DNA of 64,000 bases from Candidatus Latescibacterota bacterium (GTDB lineage: Bacteria > Latescibacterota > UBA2968 > UBA8231), in assembly GCA_965203355.1 (NCBI GenBank), contig OZ241889.1:2272001-2336000 (forward strand), in the 5' to 3' direction. This document shows positions 31,463-41,761 of this stretch, one piece after another. Under the pieces are notes generated by a model that saw only the letters and a program-made list of their open reading frames with translations, was not told the DNA's origin and did not search any database. A program made the position numbers and the translations under genes. Positions within the stretch are counted from its first letter, which is position 1. Each line of letters starts with the position of its first letter.

Positions 31463-34138
31463 ATGGAGATTTTGAGCAAGTGCTATCTGCTTGCCGTCGG
31501 TGCTGTTGTGTACTCGCTAGGCTGGAGTGCGCCCGCGCCGGTTGGGGCCCAAGCGTACGGCTCGCGCATGGGTAGAGTGAAGCAGGGCGGAGAGGTGAAT
31601 TTTTCTCCGCAGGGACCGGGGGTATTATTCGATGCACTGGACCCGGCGGTACGCAAATGGTACGTCCCCCAAGAACTGTATGAGGAATACCAGTGGAGAC
31701 AGTGGGAGTACTCTAACTACGCCCGCGATTTCTATCAGCGCTATGTGGACACCGCGTTGGAGGGCGATTACTTCTACGATTTCTTCGGAAACCTAGTCAC
31801 CCGGGGCTGGTTGATCTACGATTGGCAGCAAGATCGCCCCCAGCAATTCGGTAGCAGTATCCTCAAGACCAACAGGTTCAACCAATGGTTCAACCGAGTA
31901 GCCGTTTCTGCGGACCACAAGGGACAATACTATTATAGTATCACGATTGGCGATGAGATTCGCACTACCTTGACACCGATGACTTTTTCTAAACCCACAT
32001 TCAACGGAATTCAGTGGGACTTTGCCGCCGATAAGTACCAGGCTACTCTCCTGCTGGCTCGGCCTAGTCGGCCGGCAGTGGCCACTTCTCTGGATATCCC
32101 GGATCAGAAGACTAGTGTCACCAACTTGCTCGGTGGACGGGGCCTAGTCCAAGTGGGAGACTTCGTCCAAGTGGGGGCGACCTACGTGACCGCCTTCCAA
32201 GGCCAGACGCTGTTCGACGATTTCACTGGCAACCCTTTCGCGGGCGGGGCGCTGACCACCGACCAGAATGCGCTGCCCATCTCCCGCATCATTATCCGCC
32301 TGTCGGACGACTCGCCCGCAGATGGGGTGGGTGGAGCGGCCCTGTTTGACGACGAAATCATCATCGAGGATGTGGACGGCAACGTTTTCAGAGGCAGTGC
32401 CATAGGATTCGAGCCCATACGCGAGGGGGGATTCCAACGGGTGGGGTTTTTAGCCGCGGATGGGGACGAGCGCATCACGCTCACCTACGACTTTACTGAC
32501 CCTTTGTACATAGGCCCCGATCCTACGATTATTGAGAGAATATCTTTTGAATTGGTGATCTCCAACGACTACAAGGTAGAAATCACGTCAGACCGACAGA
32601 CCAACCGGGACTCACAGCCGGTCTTTTTGCTGATCGAACGGGCCCAGAACAATATCCGCGACAACTCCAACCAACGCCTGTTGCAATTCGACTATGGTCT
32701 GCCTACGGCCAATACCATCCTCGGCTTTACCTTAGAGGCCAACAAGATCAGAGGTTTTGACCTGTACTGGGAGTACGATCTCAACAGTCAATACCGCCAG
32801 TATCCCAATCTCAACCTCAAGGATCATCGCAAGGCGGTTGACTACGCTCAAGCATGGATGTTCAATCTGTCCAAGGCGTCCTATCCTTGGTTCGCCTTTC
32901 TCGAAGGGTATAGCATGGACGCGGGCTATTCTACCCGCACCTTCCTCGCGGGTACTCGGGGACAGGACGAAATCGATTACGAAGACGAAATATCCTATAT
33001 CTACGAGTTCGTCGAGGACAACGATGACCAAGACCGCCGACCGGACTGGAACCGCTTTGGTATGCTGTCGGACAATGCGGTCTTTCCGGGCTTTGACGAG
33101 AACAATGATTTCGTCTCGGATTTCAATCAGAACGATACGGAGGATCGCCAGAACTTCATTCCCGATTACGAAGAGCCCTTCCTGCGCTATCACTCGGATA
33201 GGCCCGAATATCTCTTCGGCGTTGACATGAACAACAATGGCTGGATCGACCGCTTCGAAAACGACGAAGAACCCGATTATCCCTATGGGCGGGATCACCG
33301 CGGCTACAATGTGTACGCGGGAACCCACATCGGGCCCGAGGCCCGGCTGACCGTCGGGCGTTTGCGCGAAGAATTGCTGGCGGGAGATCGCAAAAACGAA
33401 TCCACGTACCTGCTCTTCACCTACGAAAGGGATTTTGCCCAGTTGGGCCGTTTGCGGGTATTCGACCACTTCAAGCTGGTCGAGGACGACATTCCCAACA
33501 ATCTCTTTCAGTGGGTGCAGCCATCTGATTCCCGCGGCACCCAACAGCGCGTTTTCGACTTGCTGCCGGCGCGCGATACTTGGATCAACACGTCCTATGT
33601 ACAGTTCGATTTCGCGTGCCTAGGGAATCTGAATGTAATCAACAAGTTCAAGACTGAAATCTACAACCAGCGCCGGGATCAGCGCGACTTGCGCGACACG
33701 GCCAGCTTTGTCGGTCTCATCAACAAAGTCGATTACACTTTCTCAGTGGGAAACATCGAGCTTGAGCCGCGCTTTAAGAGCGAATTTTTGCGCGAACACC
33801 CGGTGCGCAAACGCGACCCAGCGCGCCGCGAGTTGACCGAGACGTTTTTTCTTCTTGCCCGCATTCCCCTGCTCTCTCATACGCTCATCGAGTTAGGACT
33901 AGAATTGTCTCGATTTGAGCAGTTCCGCGACGACGAGGGGGTCCCGGTCCATCGCGACTTAGAGCCAGATTCCTTCAGTCGCATCGTCGCGATGCAATTT
34001 AATAACTCCTCGGATTACTTGGGCTACAGGCTCCATCTACAGACGGGATTTCGCCTACAGAAGCTGACGTTTGAAAATCTGCCCTCTAGCACGACCAGCA
34101 AGATATTCATGACGGCCTATGCCGGGCTGGAACGCTAG
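31463..34138 (+). CDS. Putative outer-membrane beta-barrel protein with Asp-rich Ca-binding loops
   Basis: Signal peptide; many aromatic amphipathic beta-strands; DNDDQD, DENNDF, DMNNNG motifs; ends IFMTAYAGLER. Confidence 0.6.
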   Translation: MEILSKCYLLAVGAVVYSLGWSAPAPVGAQAYGSRMGRVKQGGEVNFSPQGPGVLFDALDPAVRKWYVPQELYEEYQWRQWEYSNYARDFYQRYVDTALEGDYFYDFFGNLVTRGWLIYDWQQDRPQQFGSSILKTNRFNQWFNRVAVSADHKGQYYYSITIGDEIRTTLTPMTFSKPTFNGIQWDFAADKYQATLLLARPSRPAVATSLDIPDQKTSVTNLLGGRGLVQVGDFVQVGATYVTAFQGQTLFDDFTGNPFAGGALTTDQNALPISRIIIRLSDDSPADGVGGAALFDDEIIIEDVDGNVFRGSAIGFEPIREGGFQRVGFLAADGDERITLTYDFTDPLYIGPDPTIIERISFELVISNDYKVEITSDRQTNRDSQPVFLLIERAQNNIRDNSNQRLLQFDYGLPTANTILGFTLEANKIRGFDLYWEYDLNSQYRQYPNLNLKDHRKAVDYAQAWMFNLSKASYPWFAFLEGYSMDAGYSTRTFLAGTRGQDEIDYEDEISYIYEFVEDNDDQDRRPDWNRFGMLSDNAVFPGFDENNDFVSDFNQNDTEDRQNFIPDYEEPFLRYHSDRPEYLFGVDMNNNGWIDRFENDEEPDYPYGRDHRGYNVYAGTHIGPEARLTVGRLREELLAGDRKNESTYLLFTYERDFAQLGRLRVFDHFKLVEDDIPNNLFQWVQPSDSRGTQQRVFDLLPARDTWINTSYVQFDFACLGNLNVINKFKTEIYNQRRDQRDLRDTASFVGLINKVDYTFSVGNIELEPRFKSEFLREHPVRKRDPARRELTETFFLLARIPLLSHTLIELGLELSRFEQFRDDEGVPVHRDLEPDSFSRIVAMQFNNSSDYLGYRLHLQTGFRLQKLTFENLPSSTTSKIFMTAYAGLER

Positions 34139-34278
34139 GCGGCTTGACCTTCGCAAGGCAGTGATACAACCCGGCGATCTGTTAGCTGAAAGGAGGAAAA
34201 AGAAACAGGCGTCGTTTCAGCCCCGATTGGGGTAGCAAGATACACCATGCTCCACTAACTATAAAGAGAGGCATTGCA

Positions 34279-35154
34279 ATGAAGAGAATCAATGAAGTGG
34301 CAATCACGTTACTGGTCTCGGCCCTTATGGTCGGCGCGGCTTTTGGCCATCAGGGGGAGATGAAGTTCATGTTCCAGTTCCCGGATCACCTGACGCCCGT
34401 GCTCGATGGCGATATGTCGGACTGGGACATTGTCGGCGATGTGTACAAAACCAAAGCCGAAACCATGTTCAACCAGTTCGGTGCGCCCATGGATCTAAGC
34501 GATTTCAACGCTTGGCTCGCTTGGGGCTACAACGTCAACGACGGCAAGGCCTATTTTGCCGCTTGGGTTGCCGACGATTTCATCAACAACACCGAGAAGT
34601 GGTCGACGACCACAGATTGGGACCACTCCGGCGGCATCTTTCGCGGCTTTGACCAAGGGGATGATTTCGAGACCCGCTGGGCCAGTGCCCAAGCCCAACG
34701 CTACGATCTAGCCGGCCCAATTTTCAGCTCGTCCGGTTATTATACCCGGATTATTGATGGCTCCAAATCTTGGGCAGGCCAGTCCCCTTACGTGGAGTGG
34801 GCCGGTAAGTTCCTTCGCGGCGACGTCAACACCCAAGAGCCCGCTGAAATGTTCGGCGAGTACACCATTGTGCCCTTTGACGATATCCATCCCGACGGCC
34901 CCGACCAGAGTGTTAGGCACAATTGGGTGGAAGGCACAATTGTCGGTATAGAGGTCAACTGGGGGGACAAGGATGCCGATCCTGGCTCCTACGACGATGC
35001 CTATTGGTCCGGTTTCGGTGGCATAGGTGCTTCCAGAGACGCCGATCAGTTCGGAGACTATTTGTTGGCACCCATCGAAGAGGGGTTGCCCGAAGCCAGA
35101 TCTACGGCAGTCGAGAACAACACTTGGGGGCAGATCAAGTCCACATTCAAATAA
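34279..35154 (+). CDS. Secreted DOMON/CBM9-like protein with C-terminal 'TAVE..TWGxIK' tail
   Basis: Signal peptide (AFG|H), PVLDGDMSDW, Asp/Trp/Gly-rich, ends STAVENNTWGQIKSTFK; AGAGG RBS. Confidence 0.7.
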   Translation: MKRINEVAITLLVSALMVGAAFGHQGEMKFMFQFPDHLTPVLDGDMSDWDIVGDVYKTKAETMFNQFGAPMDLSDFNAWLAWGYNVNDGKAYFAAWVADDFINNTEKWSTTTDWDHSGGIFRGFDQGDDFETRWASAQAQRYDLAGPIFSSSGYYTRIIDGSKSWAGQSPYVEWAGKFLRGDVNTQEPAEMFGEYTIVPFDDIHPDGPDQSVRHNWVEGTIVGIEVNWGDKDADPGSYDDAYWSGFGGIGASRDADQFGDYLLAPIEEGLPEARSTAVENNTWGQIKSTFK

Positions 35155-35197
35155 AGCCGATTCGACAGCCTGTTATAGACGTCGCAGGATGTTTTCA

Positions 35198-35237
35198 GGC
35201 GGGGTTTACAGGGGACTGTAAATCCCGCCGTTCTCTT
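35198..35237 (+). terminator. Intra-operon hairpin (partial terminator or mRNA stabiliser)
   Basis: GGCGGGGTTTACAG-ggga-CTGTAAATCCCGCC then GTTCTCTT. Confidence 0.65.
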
Positions 35238-35266
35238 GGTTGGCGACCAAGCAAAGGAGGCACTGG

Positions 35267-37117
35267 GTGCGACAGGTACTGATTATAGTCCTGACCGTGT
35301 TGGGGATGGGAGCGGGCTATTGGGCCGAGGCGCGCCAATTTTACCAACTGGGGGGCCGTGTTGGAAATCCTTGGCGTGAAAGCGGCACCCTGACTTTCAC
35401 CGACGTGGCAAAAGTGCCGGGTGCCATCCGCCCGTTCAATGCCGAAAGCGGCGAGAATCTGATTGCCTCAATGGGTGAGCGAAATGGCGACATTACCAGT
35501 TTAGTAAGCATTTATACCCTGCCGGCGAATTGGCTAGACGACCGCGTACTGATAGTAGATGGCGATTCGAATACAGCGTTTGTGCATCCGCCGCGCATCA
35601 ATTTCTTTCGCGGCCCCGGATTCTTCTATACCACGCCGCTGTTCTTCGATCTGGGGGCACCATTCCCCATTGAAGAGATCCGCTTTGCTCCCCGCGCCGA
35701 TCACCCAGGGCATAAGATCCGCCAGTTTAGGCTTTATATCAACGATGGCCGGGAAAAGAGCAAAGACGAAAAAGGAAATCTCATCTGGACCTTGGTTCGC
35801 GACGAGCAAGACAACTTGAGCCCGGCGGTCGAACTGGATATCGAACCCCAGATAGCACGCCACGTCTATCTCCACCCCTTGGAGGTAGGTGAGACTTGGG
35901 AAGTGGCTGAGTTCGAAGTGTACGGTCAGGGGTTTGTCCCCCAAGCCTCATTTTTGTCCGACCCGATTGATCTGGGACGAGCATCCAGTCTGGGACGCAT
36001 CTGGTGGAGTGGCCAACTCGATTTAGGAGCGAAAATAGTCGTTCAGAGCCGCAGCGGCAGTGATGATCAGCCCGAGGTTTACTGGCGCAAGACCGGAGTG
36101 GGTGGAGAGGAAGTGCCATTCGGGGTCAATGGTCGGCCCATGAGCCGCCAAGAGTATGAAGCCATGCCCCAGAACGTACAGGGGAGCATTACCGAGGATC
36201 TGGAAAACTGGAGCGTATGGCACACGTATGAGTATGCGGACGGGCTTGCCGGCACTCAGATTCTTTCTCCCAGCCCCCGGCAGTATATGCAGTTACACAT
36301 CGCCTTTTTTTCCGCCATATTGGCGGGGGGACAGGTTGACTCACTGTTCTTTGAATTTTCCCAACCCCCGGTAGTCTCCGCGGTGATTGGCGAAATCTCC
36401 CCTCCTTTTGTAGAGGCGGCTGACCCGGTTCAGTTCACCTATGCGGTGCGAACCCGCTTGGAGGCAGAACAATCGGGTTTTAATGTTCTCGAGGTGCGCA
36501 CGCGCGCTCGTCTAGAGGCCGTCCACGAGGTGCGCATCAACCGCGAAGTAGTCGATTTTACCCTGAGTTTCGATTCGGCCAATCCCCACCAGTTCGCCGT
36601 CCAATTTGATCGCATTGACCAAGACCAGACCCTGCTAGAAGTGGATTTTGACGCCCGAGTATTCAACTATGGAACGACCTTCAGCGGCGCGGTGTCGGAT
36701 GCGGACAGCGACGCAGTACCCCAGAGCGTGATTCCCGGAGATGCTACGAGCGAGTTGCTGAGCGACGCCTTGAACGTCCGCACCCCGCTCAAGGGTAATC
36801 TGCTCAGCACCGTGCAGGTAACTCCCAATCCGTTTTCACCCAATGGAGATAGCGTCAACGATCAAGTGCAGTTTTCCTATACATTACTGCGCCTAACCGA
36901 TGTCGTGCCCCTTAAGACGGAAATCTACACGCCAGCGGGAAACCGCGTTCGCACCTTGGGCCGCGAGGAGGGGCGTAGTGCGATCTATCAAACTGCTTGG
37001 GACGGGCGGGATGACCAAGGTGAGTTAGTAGCTCCAGGATTGTATATTTACCGCGTCGTGGTAGAAGCAGGCAGCGGTCAGGAGGAGCGGCTGGGACCTA
37101 TCGCTTTGGTGTACTAA
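35267..37117 (+). CDS. Secreted FlgD-Ig-tailed protein; paralog 2
   Basis: AGGAGG RBS and GTG; signal peptide (AEA|RQF); FDLG...IRFAPR, EFEVYGQGF, FSPNGDSVND, WDGR...VAPGLY, ends LVY. Confidence 0.75.
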   Translation: MRQVLIIVLTVLGMGAGYWAEARQFYQLGGRVGNPWRESGTLTFTDVAKVPGAIRPFNAESGENLIASMGERNGDITSLVSIYTLPANWLDDRVLIVDGDSNTAFVHPPRINFFRGPGFFYTTPLFFDLGAPFPIEEIRFAPRADHPGHKIRQFRLYINDGREKSKDEKGNLIWTLVRDEQDNLSPAVELDIEPQIARHVYLHPLEVGETWEVAEFEVYGQGFVPQASFLSDPIDLGRASSLGRIWWSGQLDLGAKIVVQSRSGSDDQPEVYWRKTGVGGEEVPFGVNGRPMSRQEYEAMPQNVQGSITEDLENWSVWHTYEYADGLAGTQILSPSPRQYMQLHIAFFSAILAGGQVDSLFFEFSQPPVVSAVIGEISPPFVEAADPVQFTYAVRTRLEAEQSGFNVLEVRTRARLEAVHEVRINREVVDFTLSFDSANPHQFAVQFDRIDQDQTLLEVDFDARVFNYGTTFSGAVSDADSDAVPQSVIPGDATSELLSDALNVRTPLKGNLLSTVQVTPNPFSPNGDSVNDQVQFSYTLLRLTDVVPLKTEIYTPAGNRVRTLGREEGRSAIYQTAWDGRDDQGELVAPGLYIYRVVVEAGSGQEERLGPIALVY

Positions 37118-37126
37118 ATAGAAGAC

Positions 37127-38866
37127 ATGAGCAACAGAAAACCATGGATTTGGCAAGAATGCAAGTGGGTACTCATGTGGAGTCTCGCGGCGTGTTCTCC
37201 AGGGGCAGAGGTCGTCCTCGAACCGGATGTGGTGGCGCGCATTGATTCCACGTCTATCTCGGTTGCCGAAATGCGCGATTTTGTCGTCCAGATGCCCCAG
37301 TCCTTGCGCCTGCCGGGACCGGGCGACCCCGTGCGCCAGCACTATCTGCGCAGCCTGCTGGGCAAGTACCTGCTCGTACTGGAGGCCAAAGAGCGGGGAT
37401 TGGATACGGCCCAAGTGGTACAGACTAAAGTGATGCACTACTGGCGCCAGCACTTGGGCGACACCTATCGCCAGCTCGTACTGATACCCAACGTGCAGGT
37501 TTCCGAGGAGGAAATACGCGCCTTTTTCGCCCAAAGTGCCCTAGACCGCAAGCGCCAGCTAGCAGGCATTCTGGTGGAAGAAGACAGCACCGCCCAGCAA
37601 ATCTATGCGCAACTCGCAGCGGGCCGGGATTTTGCCCAACTAGCCGCCGAATACACCATAGACGAACGGTCGGCTTCCCAAGGAGGCGTACTGGGATTTA
37701 CCGATCTGGAGCAGGCCCGCAGGTTGCAGATTCCAGACGAGTTGTTTCGCAGCCTGCCGAACGGACAGCTATCCCCGATCCTGACCATGGGCTCGCGCTA
37801 CCAGATCGTGCGTTTCCTCCAGGACCAGCCCGTTCCACTAGCAGAGAAACGACAGCAGATTCGCGATATACTCTACGAACGCAAGCGACTAGAGCAGGAA
37901 GTCGCGGAAATTGCGGTCCTCACCCGCAAGTTGGACGTGCAGCTAGTGCCAAAGGGCTTAGCGCTTCTACTGAATAAAGCGGCACTCCACACCCGGGTGC
38001 GGCGCGCCGATCTGACCGTCGAGGAGGTGGAGCAGCCCCTCTTTGTCTATAAGGGAGGGCATATCTCGCTGGGAGATTACCTCAATGCTCTGTGGAAGGA
38101 TATGCGGGCCTTGTCCGGCTGGGGCCTACGGGACAGTGCCGAGGTGGTTGGTGCCGCGAGGGAACTGGTTTTGATACCGGCTTTGTTGGCAGAGGCGGCG
38201 CAGCGGGCTGGGTTGGCAGAGACGGCGGATGGACAACAGCGATTAGCGGAAATACGCATAGAATTCATGATCAAACAGTTACGCCAAGAAAGGGTCATTG
38301 ATCGATCCGAGGCGAGCCGGGAGGAAGCGAGGGATTTTTACGAGAACAATGAGGAATTGTTCAAAGAACCGACCCAATACATTGTCGTTGAAGTGCTGGT
38401 CAAGACCAAATCAGAAGCTACTGGTTTGTTGCGCGCCCTCGAACAAGGGGCGACCCTCGGAGCGCTCGCGCAAAAGTACACCATCCGCCCAGGTATGCGG
38501 GAAGAAGACGGCTTGATGCATCTAGGCGAGTACGAGCGTTTGACCCAACCGCAGCTCTTCAAAGCAGTAAAGGTGGCCGAGCTCGACAAAATCACCGGCC
38601 CGGTGCCCGTTGAAGACGGGTACAGCATTTTCAAAGTTCTCAACCGTCAGGGGGGAGGTCTAGTCCCCTTTTTTCAAGCCGAGAAAAAGGCCCGGGCCTT
38701 GGTGCGCGGACAGAAGCGAGAGCAACTTTTTGAAGAGCTGATTGACGACCTACTGGACAAGCACAAAGAGCGGATCGCCGTATCTGACAGCGCGTTGGCG
38801 GCGGCTCTGCCCGATACGTTCCTGCAGTACCATACATGGGAAGCCCCAACCAAGGGCGATGATTAG
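37127..38866 (+). CDS. SurA/PrsA-like lipoprotein with two PpiC (parvulin) domains
   Basis: LAAC lipobox; VVARID...ISVAE; FAQLAAEYTID...GGVLG and LAQKYTIR...GLMHL rotamase segments. Confidence 0.8.
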   Translation: MSNRKPWIWQECKWVLMWSLAACSPGAEVVLEPDVVARIDSTSISVAEMRDFVVQMPQSLRLPGPGDPVRQHYLRSLLGKYLLVLEAKERGLDTAQVVQTKVMHYWRQHLGDTYRQLVLIPNVQVSEEEIRAFFAQSALDRKRQLAGILVEEDSTAQQIYAQLAAGRDFAQLAAEYTIDERSASQGGVLGFTDLEQARRLQIPDELFRSLPNGQLSPILTMGSRYQIVRFLQDQPVPLAEKRQQIRDILYERKRLEQEVAEIAVLTRKLDVQLVPKGLALLLNKAALHTRVRRADLTVEEVEQPLFVYKGGHISLGDYLNALWKDMRALSGWGLRDSAEVVGAARELVLIPALLAEAAQRAGLAETADGQQRLAEIRIEFMIKQLRQERVIDRSEASREEARDFYENNEELFKEPTQYIVVEVLVKTKSEATGLLRALEQGATLGALAQKYTIRPGMREEDGLMHLGEYERLTQPQLFKAVKVAELDKITGPVPVEDGYSIFKVLNRQGGGLVPFFQAEKKARALVRGQKREQLFEELIDDLLDKHKERIAVSDSALAAALPDTFLQYHTWEAPTKGDD

Positions 38867-38888
38867 TAAATGGATAGGACAATAAGGT

Positions 38889-41573
38889 ATGGAACAGTAT
38901 TCGATGATTTCGGAGCCGATCGCGAGGCGAGCGGGTCTTTTGTCCACGGTGCTTTATTTTGTAGCCCTTTTGCTCCTTGTGGCTCTAAACGGGGTATGGG
39001 CCCAGTCGAGGGGTTACAGTCTGGGTGCGGACCGGGTGACGGTGCGGACCCAGGCGCATTGGCAGGCTTGGGGTTTTCCGCGGGATATGGTGACGATAAT
39101 GCCATCTGGCTCGGTGCAGTCCAGATTCATACAAGTACCGCACAACGCCATGTTGAATGCGGCCGACTTTAGCTATCCCATTGATGGCAGTTTGCGCGAT
39201 CAATACGCCAATTCGTTTCAAGGCGCAAACAACGCGCTGCTGGCACACGGCGGTATCAAAAGGGCTGGTTCAAATCCGCCGCTAGCCGAGCGAGCCATTG
39301 ACGCCGATCCGACTACCGCTTGGGAGCCGGATCCGGCCGATCCGCTGCGGGACTGGGTGTTGGAGATTGATCTTGGCCGCTTGGTGTCGGCTACCAAGGT
39401 CGTTGTACGCTTTGCCGAAGAAGGGGATCCGTTTCTGCAATTCAGGGTGCATTCGGCCGGGGGGCAAAATCCCTTCGGCACGGCCGACCGCAGCGGTGCC
39501 TTGGACTACACCCTAGTCGGCAGTACCACCCAGCCCAATCGCACCCAGCGAGTCTTTGAGTTCGACCTCGCACCACTGGGCACCTATACAGAAGAGTGGA
39601 CCGGCCGCATTGTGCAGTACCTGCGCATCGCGGTCACGGCCACTAATGGCGCGCGGGCGCAACAGATCGCTGCCGAGGATTATCAGGCGTTGGCAGCAGA
39701 GAACCGAGGTGCTGTGGAATACGTCTGGAAAATCGCCGGCGAAGAGCGGCTAGTACTGGCCGAGCGTTACGACCAGTTGCCACTCGAGCAGCAGGGCGGG
39801 ATGCGCTATTACCGCCGTGAACGGCCTCAACTCGCCGAGGTTGAGGTTTGGACTGTGGGCGAGAATATTGCCTTGGGGATCGTAGAGCGCGGCGGCAGTT
39901 TACGCGACGTCAATCCCAACTCTTCGCCCGAACTGGCCGTTGATGGCAACATGCGCACCGAGTGGCAGAGCATGGTTTACTTTCCCACCGGGGAGACCGC
40001 CGAGTGGGGTCTGTTGAACGTGGATTTGGGCTCCCACTTTATGGTCCATGCCGTGCGCATCATCACCCGCGTTGGAGGACGAAACCTGATTGGTTATCTA
40101 TTGCGCGGTTCGGACGGCTCGCTGGCACCCGATGGCAGTTTAATTTGGGAGGAATTGAGTGGTGAGACGCGGCAGCTAAACCAGAATACGCGGTTGTTTG
40201 AGGATCGCTTTGCGCCGCGCCTTGTGCGTTTTCTCGAATTCCGCAACCTAGATATTGCCCGCCGCACTAGGGCCCATGAAGGGCATCGGATACTGAGCAC
40301 GGTGCCTGAAATCCAAGTCTTCGCCAATGGGTACCTACCGATTCTCGAGATGACTTCCGACCTTATCGATCTGGGGAGTTCCAAGACGCTGACTACCATC
40401 GAATGGGAAGCTAACACCCCTTCGGGCACAGCAGTGGAAATCCGCACCCGGACGGGAAACGATCTGCGCGAAGTACAGCGCTATTTCAAAAAAGACGGTA
40501 CGGAAGTAGCTAACAAAGAAGAATACGAGGCTCTGCCGTCCTTCTTCAGAGGCGAGATCCTGACCGAGTTCTTGCCGGGACCGGGTTGGAGCAACTGGAG
40601 TCAAGCCTACGTCAAATCGGGCGAAGTCATACGTTCCCCCAATCCCCGGCGTTATATGATGATCCAGACGAGACTACTCAGCGAAGACGCGGTCGCCGCC
40701 GCCAGCCTACAGTCGATCCAAGTCCATTTCACAGCACCGCTGGTAGAGTACATTGCCGGGGAAATAGAGCCCAAGCGGAATGTCCCCCTCGGCGAACTCA
40801 CCGATTTTGACCTCTTCATCCGTCCCTCCTTCACGGCTCAGAGTCCGGGATTCGACCGCATCCGTCTCATAGTGCCTTCGCAAGCGAATATCGAACTGCG
40901 CCAAGTGAGTTTGGGAGACGAAAGCGAATTTGTCGCTGGCAACGAGGAAATATTTGCCGAAGTGGCAAAAGACCGTTTTGAGAATGGAGCGGGGGCGGCG
41001 TTGGAATGGACCAAGGTGGCAAGTGATACCCTGCAACTCGGCTTGCCAAGGGTGCTGCGGCAAGGCCATGCGGATATTGTGCGGATATCTTTTTCGTCGC
41101 GTGTTTTCCTGAGCGGCGCCACTTTTGCAGCCGAGGTTGGGCACTCAGCGCAAGCGGGTAACTGGCAGAGGGTGGATCCAGCGGACCCGGTAGGAGACGA
41201 ATTGGCCGCGGGTGAGGGGTTGACAGTATTGACGACCGCCCGCCGCGGGCCGCTCGGAACCATTGAGGTAGAGCCCGGCACTTTTACCCCCAATGGCGAT
41301 GGCGTCAACGACGCGGCTGTCTTTTCGTTTTCCGTGCTCAAAGTCAATGTAGCCCGGCAAGTAGCGGTGGATTTCTACGACTTGGCAGGCAGGCAGGTGA
41401 GGCGTCTTGCTGAGCAGCGCCATATAGCAAACGGGCGGTATCGTCTGGCTTGGGACGGACGAGATGAAGAGGGAACTTTAGTTTCCCCGGGCCTTTACCT
41501 CGCTCGTATTGAGGTGGCCGACGACGCGAGGGATGCCAACTTGGCTGTCCGCCTAGTGGGGGTGGCGTATTGA
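38889..41573 (+). CDS. Secreted protein with two discoidin-like domains and FlgD-Ig tail; paralog 3
   Basis: Signal peptide (VWA|QS); AIDADPTTAW...EIDLG and AVDGNMRTEW...VDLG; FTPNGDGVND, FYDLAG, WDGR...VSPGLY, ends VAY. Confidence 0.75.
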   Translation: MEQYSMISEPIARRAGLLSTVLYFVALLLLVALNGVWAQSRGYSLGADRVTVRTQAHWQAWGFPRDMVTIMPSGSVQSRFIQVPHNAMLNAADFSYPIDGSLRDQYANSFQGANNALLAHGGIKRAGSNPPLAERAIDADPTTAWEPDPADPLRDWVLEIDLGRLVSATKVVVRFAEEGDPFLQFRVHSAGGQNPFGTADRSGALDYTLVGSTTQPNRTQRVFEFDLAPLGTYTEEWTGRIVQYLRIAVTATNGARAQQIAAEDYQALAAENRGAVEYVWKIAGEERLVLAERYDQLPLEQQGGMRYYRRERPQLAEVEVWTVGENIALGIVERGGSLRDVNPNSSPELAVDGNMRTEWQSMVYFPTGETAEWGLLNVDLGSHFMVHAVRIITRVGGRNLIGYLLRGSDGSLAPDGSLIWEELSGETRQLNQNTRLFEDRFAPRLVRFLEFRNLDIARRTRAHEGHRILSTVPEIQVFANGYLPILEMTSDLIDLGSSKTLTTIEWEANTPSGTAVEIRTRTGNDLREVQRYFKKDGTEVANKEEYEALPSFFRGEILTEFLPGPGWSNWSQAYVKSGEVIRSPNPRRYMMIQTRLLSEDAVAAASLQSIQVHFTAPLVEYIAGEIEPKRNVPLGELTDFDLFIRPSFTAQSPGFDRIRLIVPSQANIELRQVSLGDESEFVAGNEEIFAEVAKDRFENGAGAALEWTKVASDTLQLGLPRVLRQGHADIVRISFSSRVFLSGATFAAEVGHSAQAGNWQRVDPADPVGDELAAGEGLTVLTTARRGPLGTIEVEPGTFTPNGDGVNDAAVFSFSVLKVNVARQVAVDFYDLAGRQVRRLAEQRHIANGRYRLAWDGRDEEGTLVSPGLYLARIEVADDARDANLAVRLVGVAY

Positions 41574-41761
41574 CTTTTGCGATGCGTCGGTGGCCGCACA
41601 GCGACCGCGTTTGTTCCTCTTAATTGGACTGTGCTTATGACAGGGGGACCTGCTCGACTTTTAACCGGAGACAGCGATGTGAGCGAGCCGACTCCGATTG
41701 TCCAAGATGCCTTGATTCCGAGCCGCGTTATCAAGAGCGGCCCAGACACTGAGTAAACGCC

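Noticed and set aside
29426-41573. Canonical T9SS apparatus or SusCD PUL
   Set aside because: No recognisable PorK/L/M/N, SprA, TonB-dependent plug domain, SusD or glycoside hydrolase motifs in the cluster.
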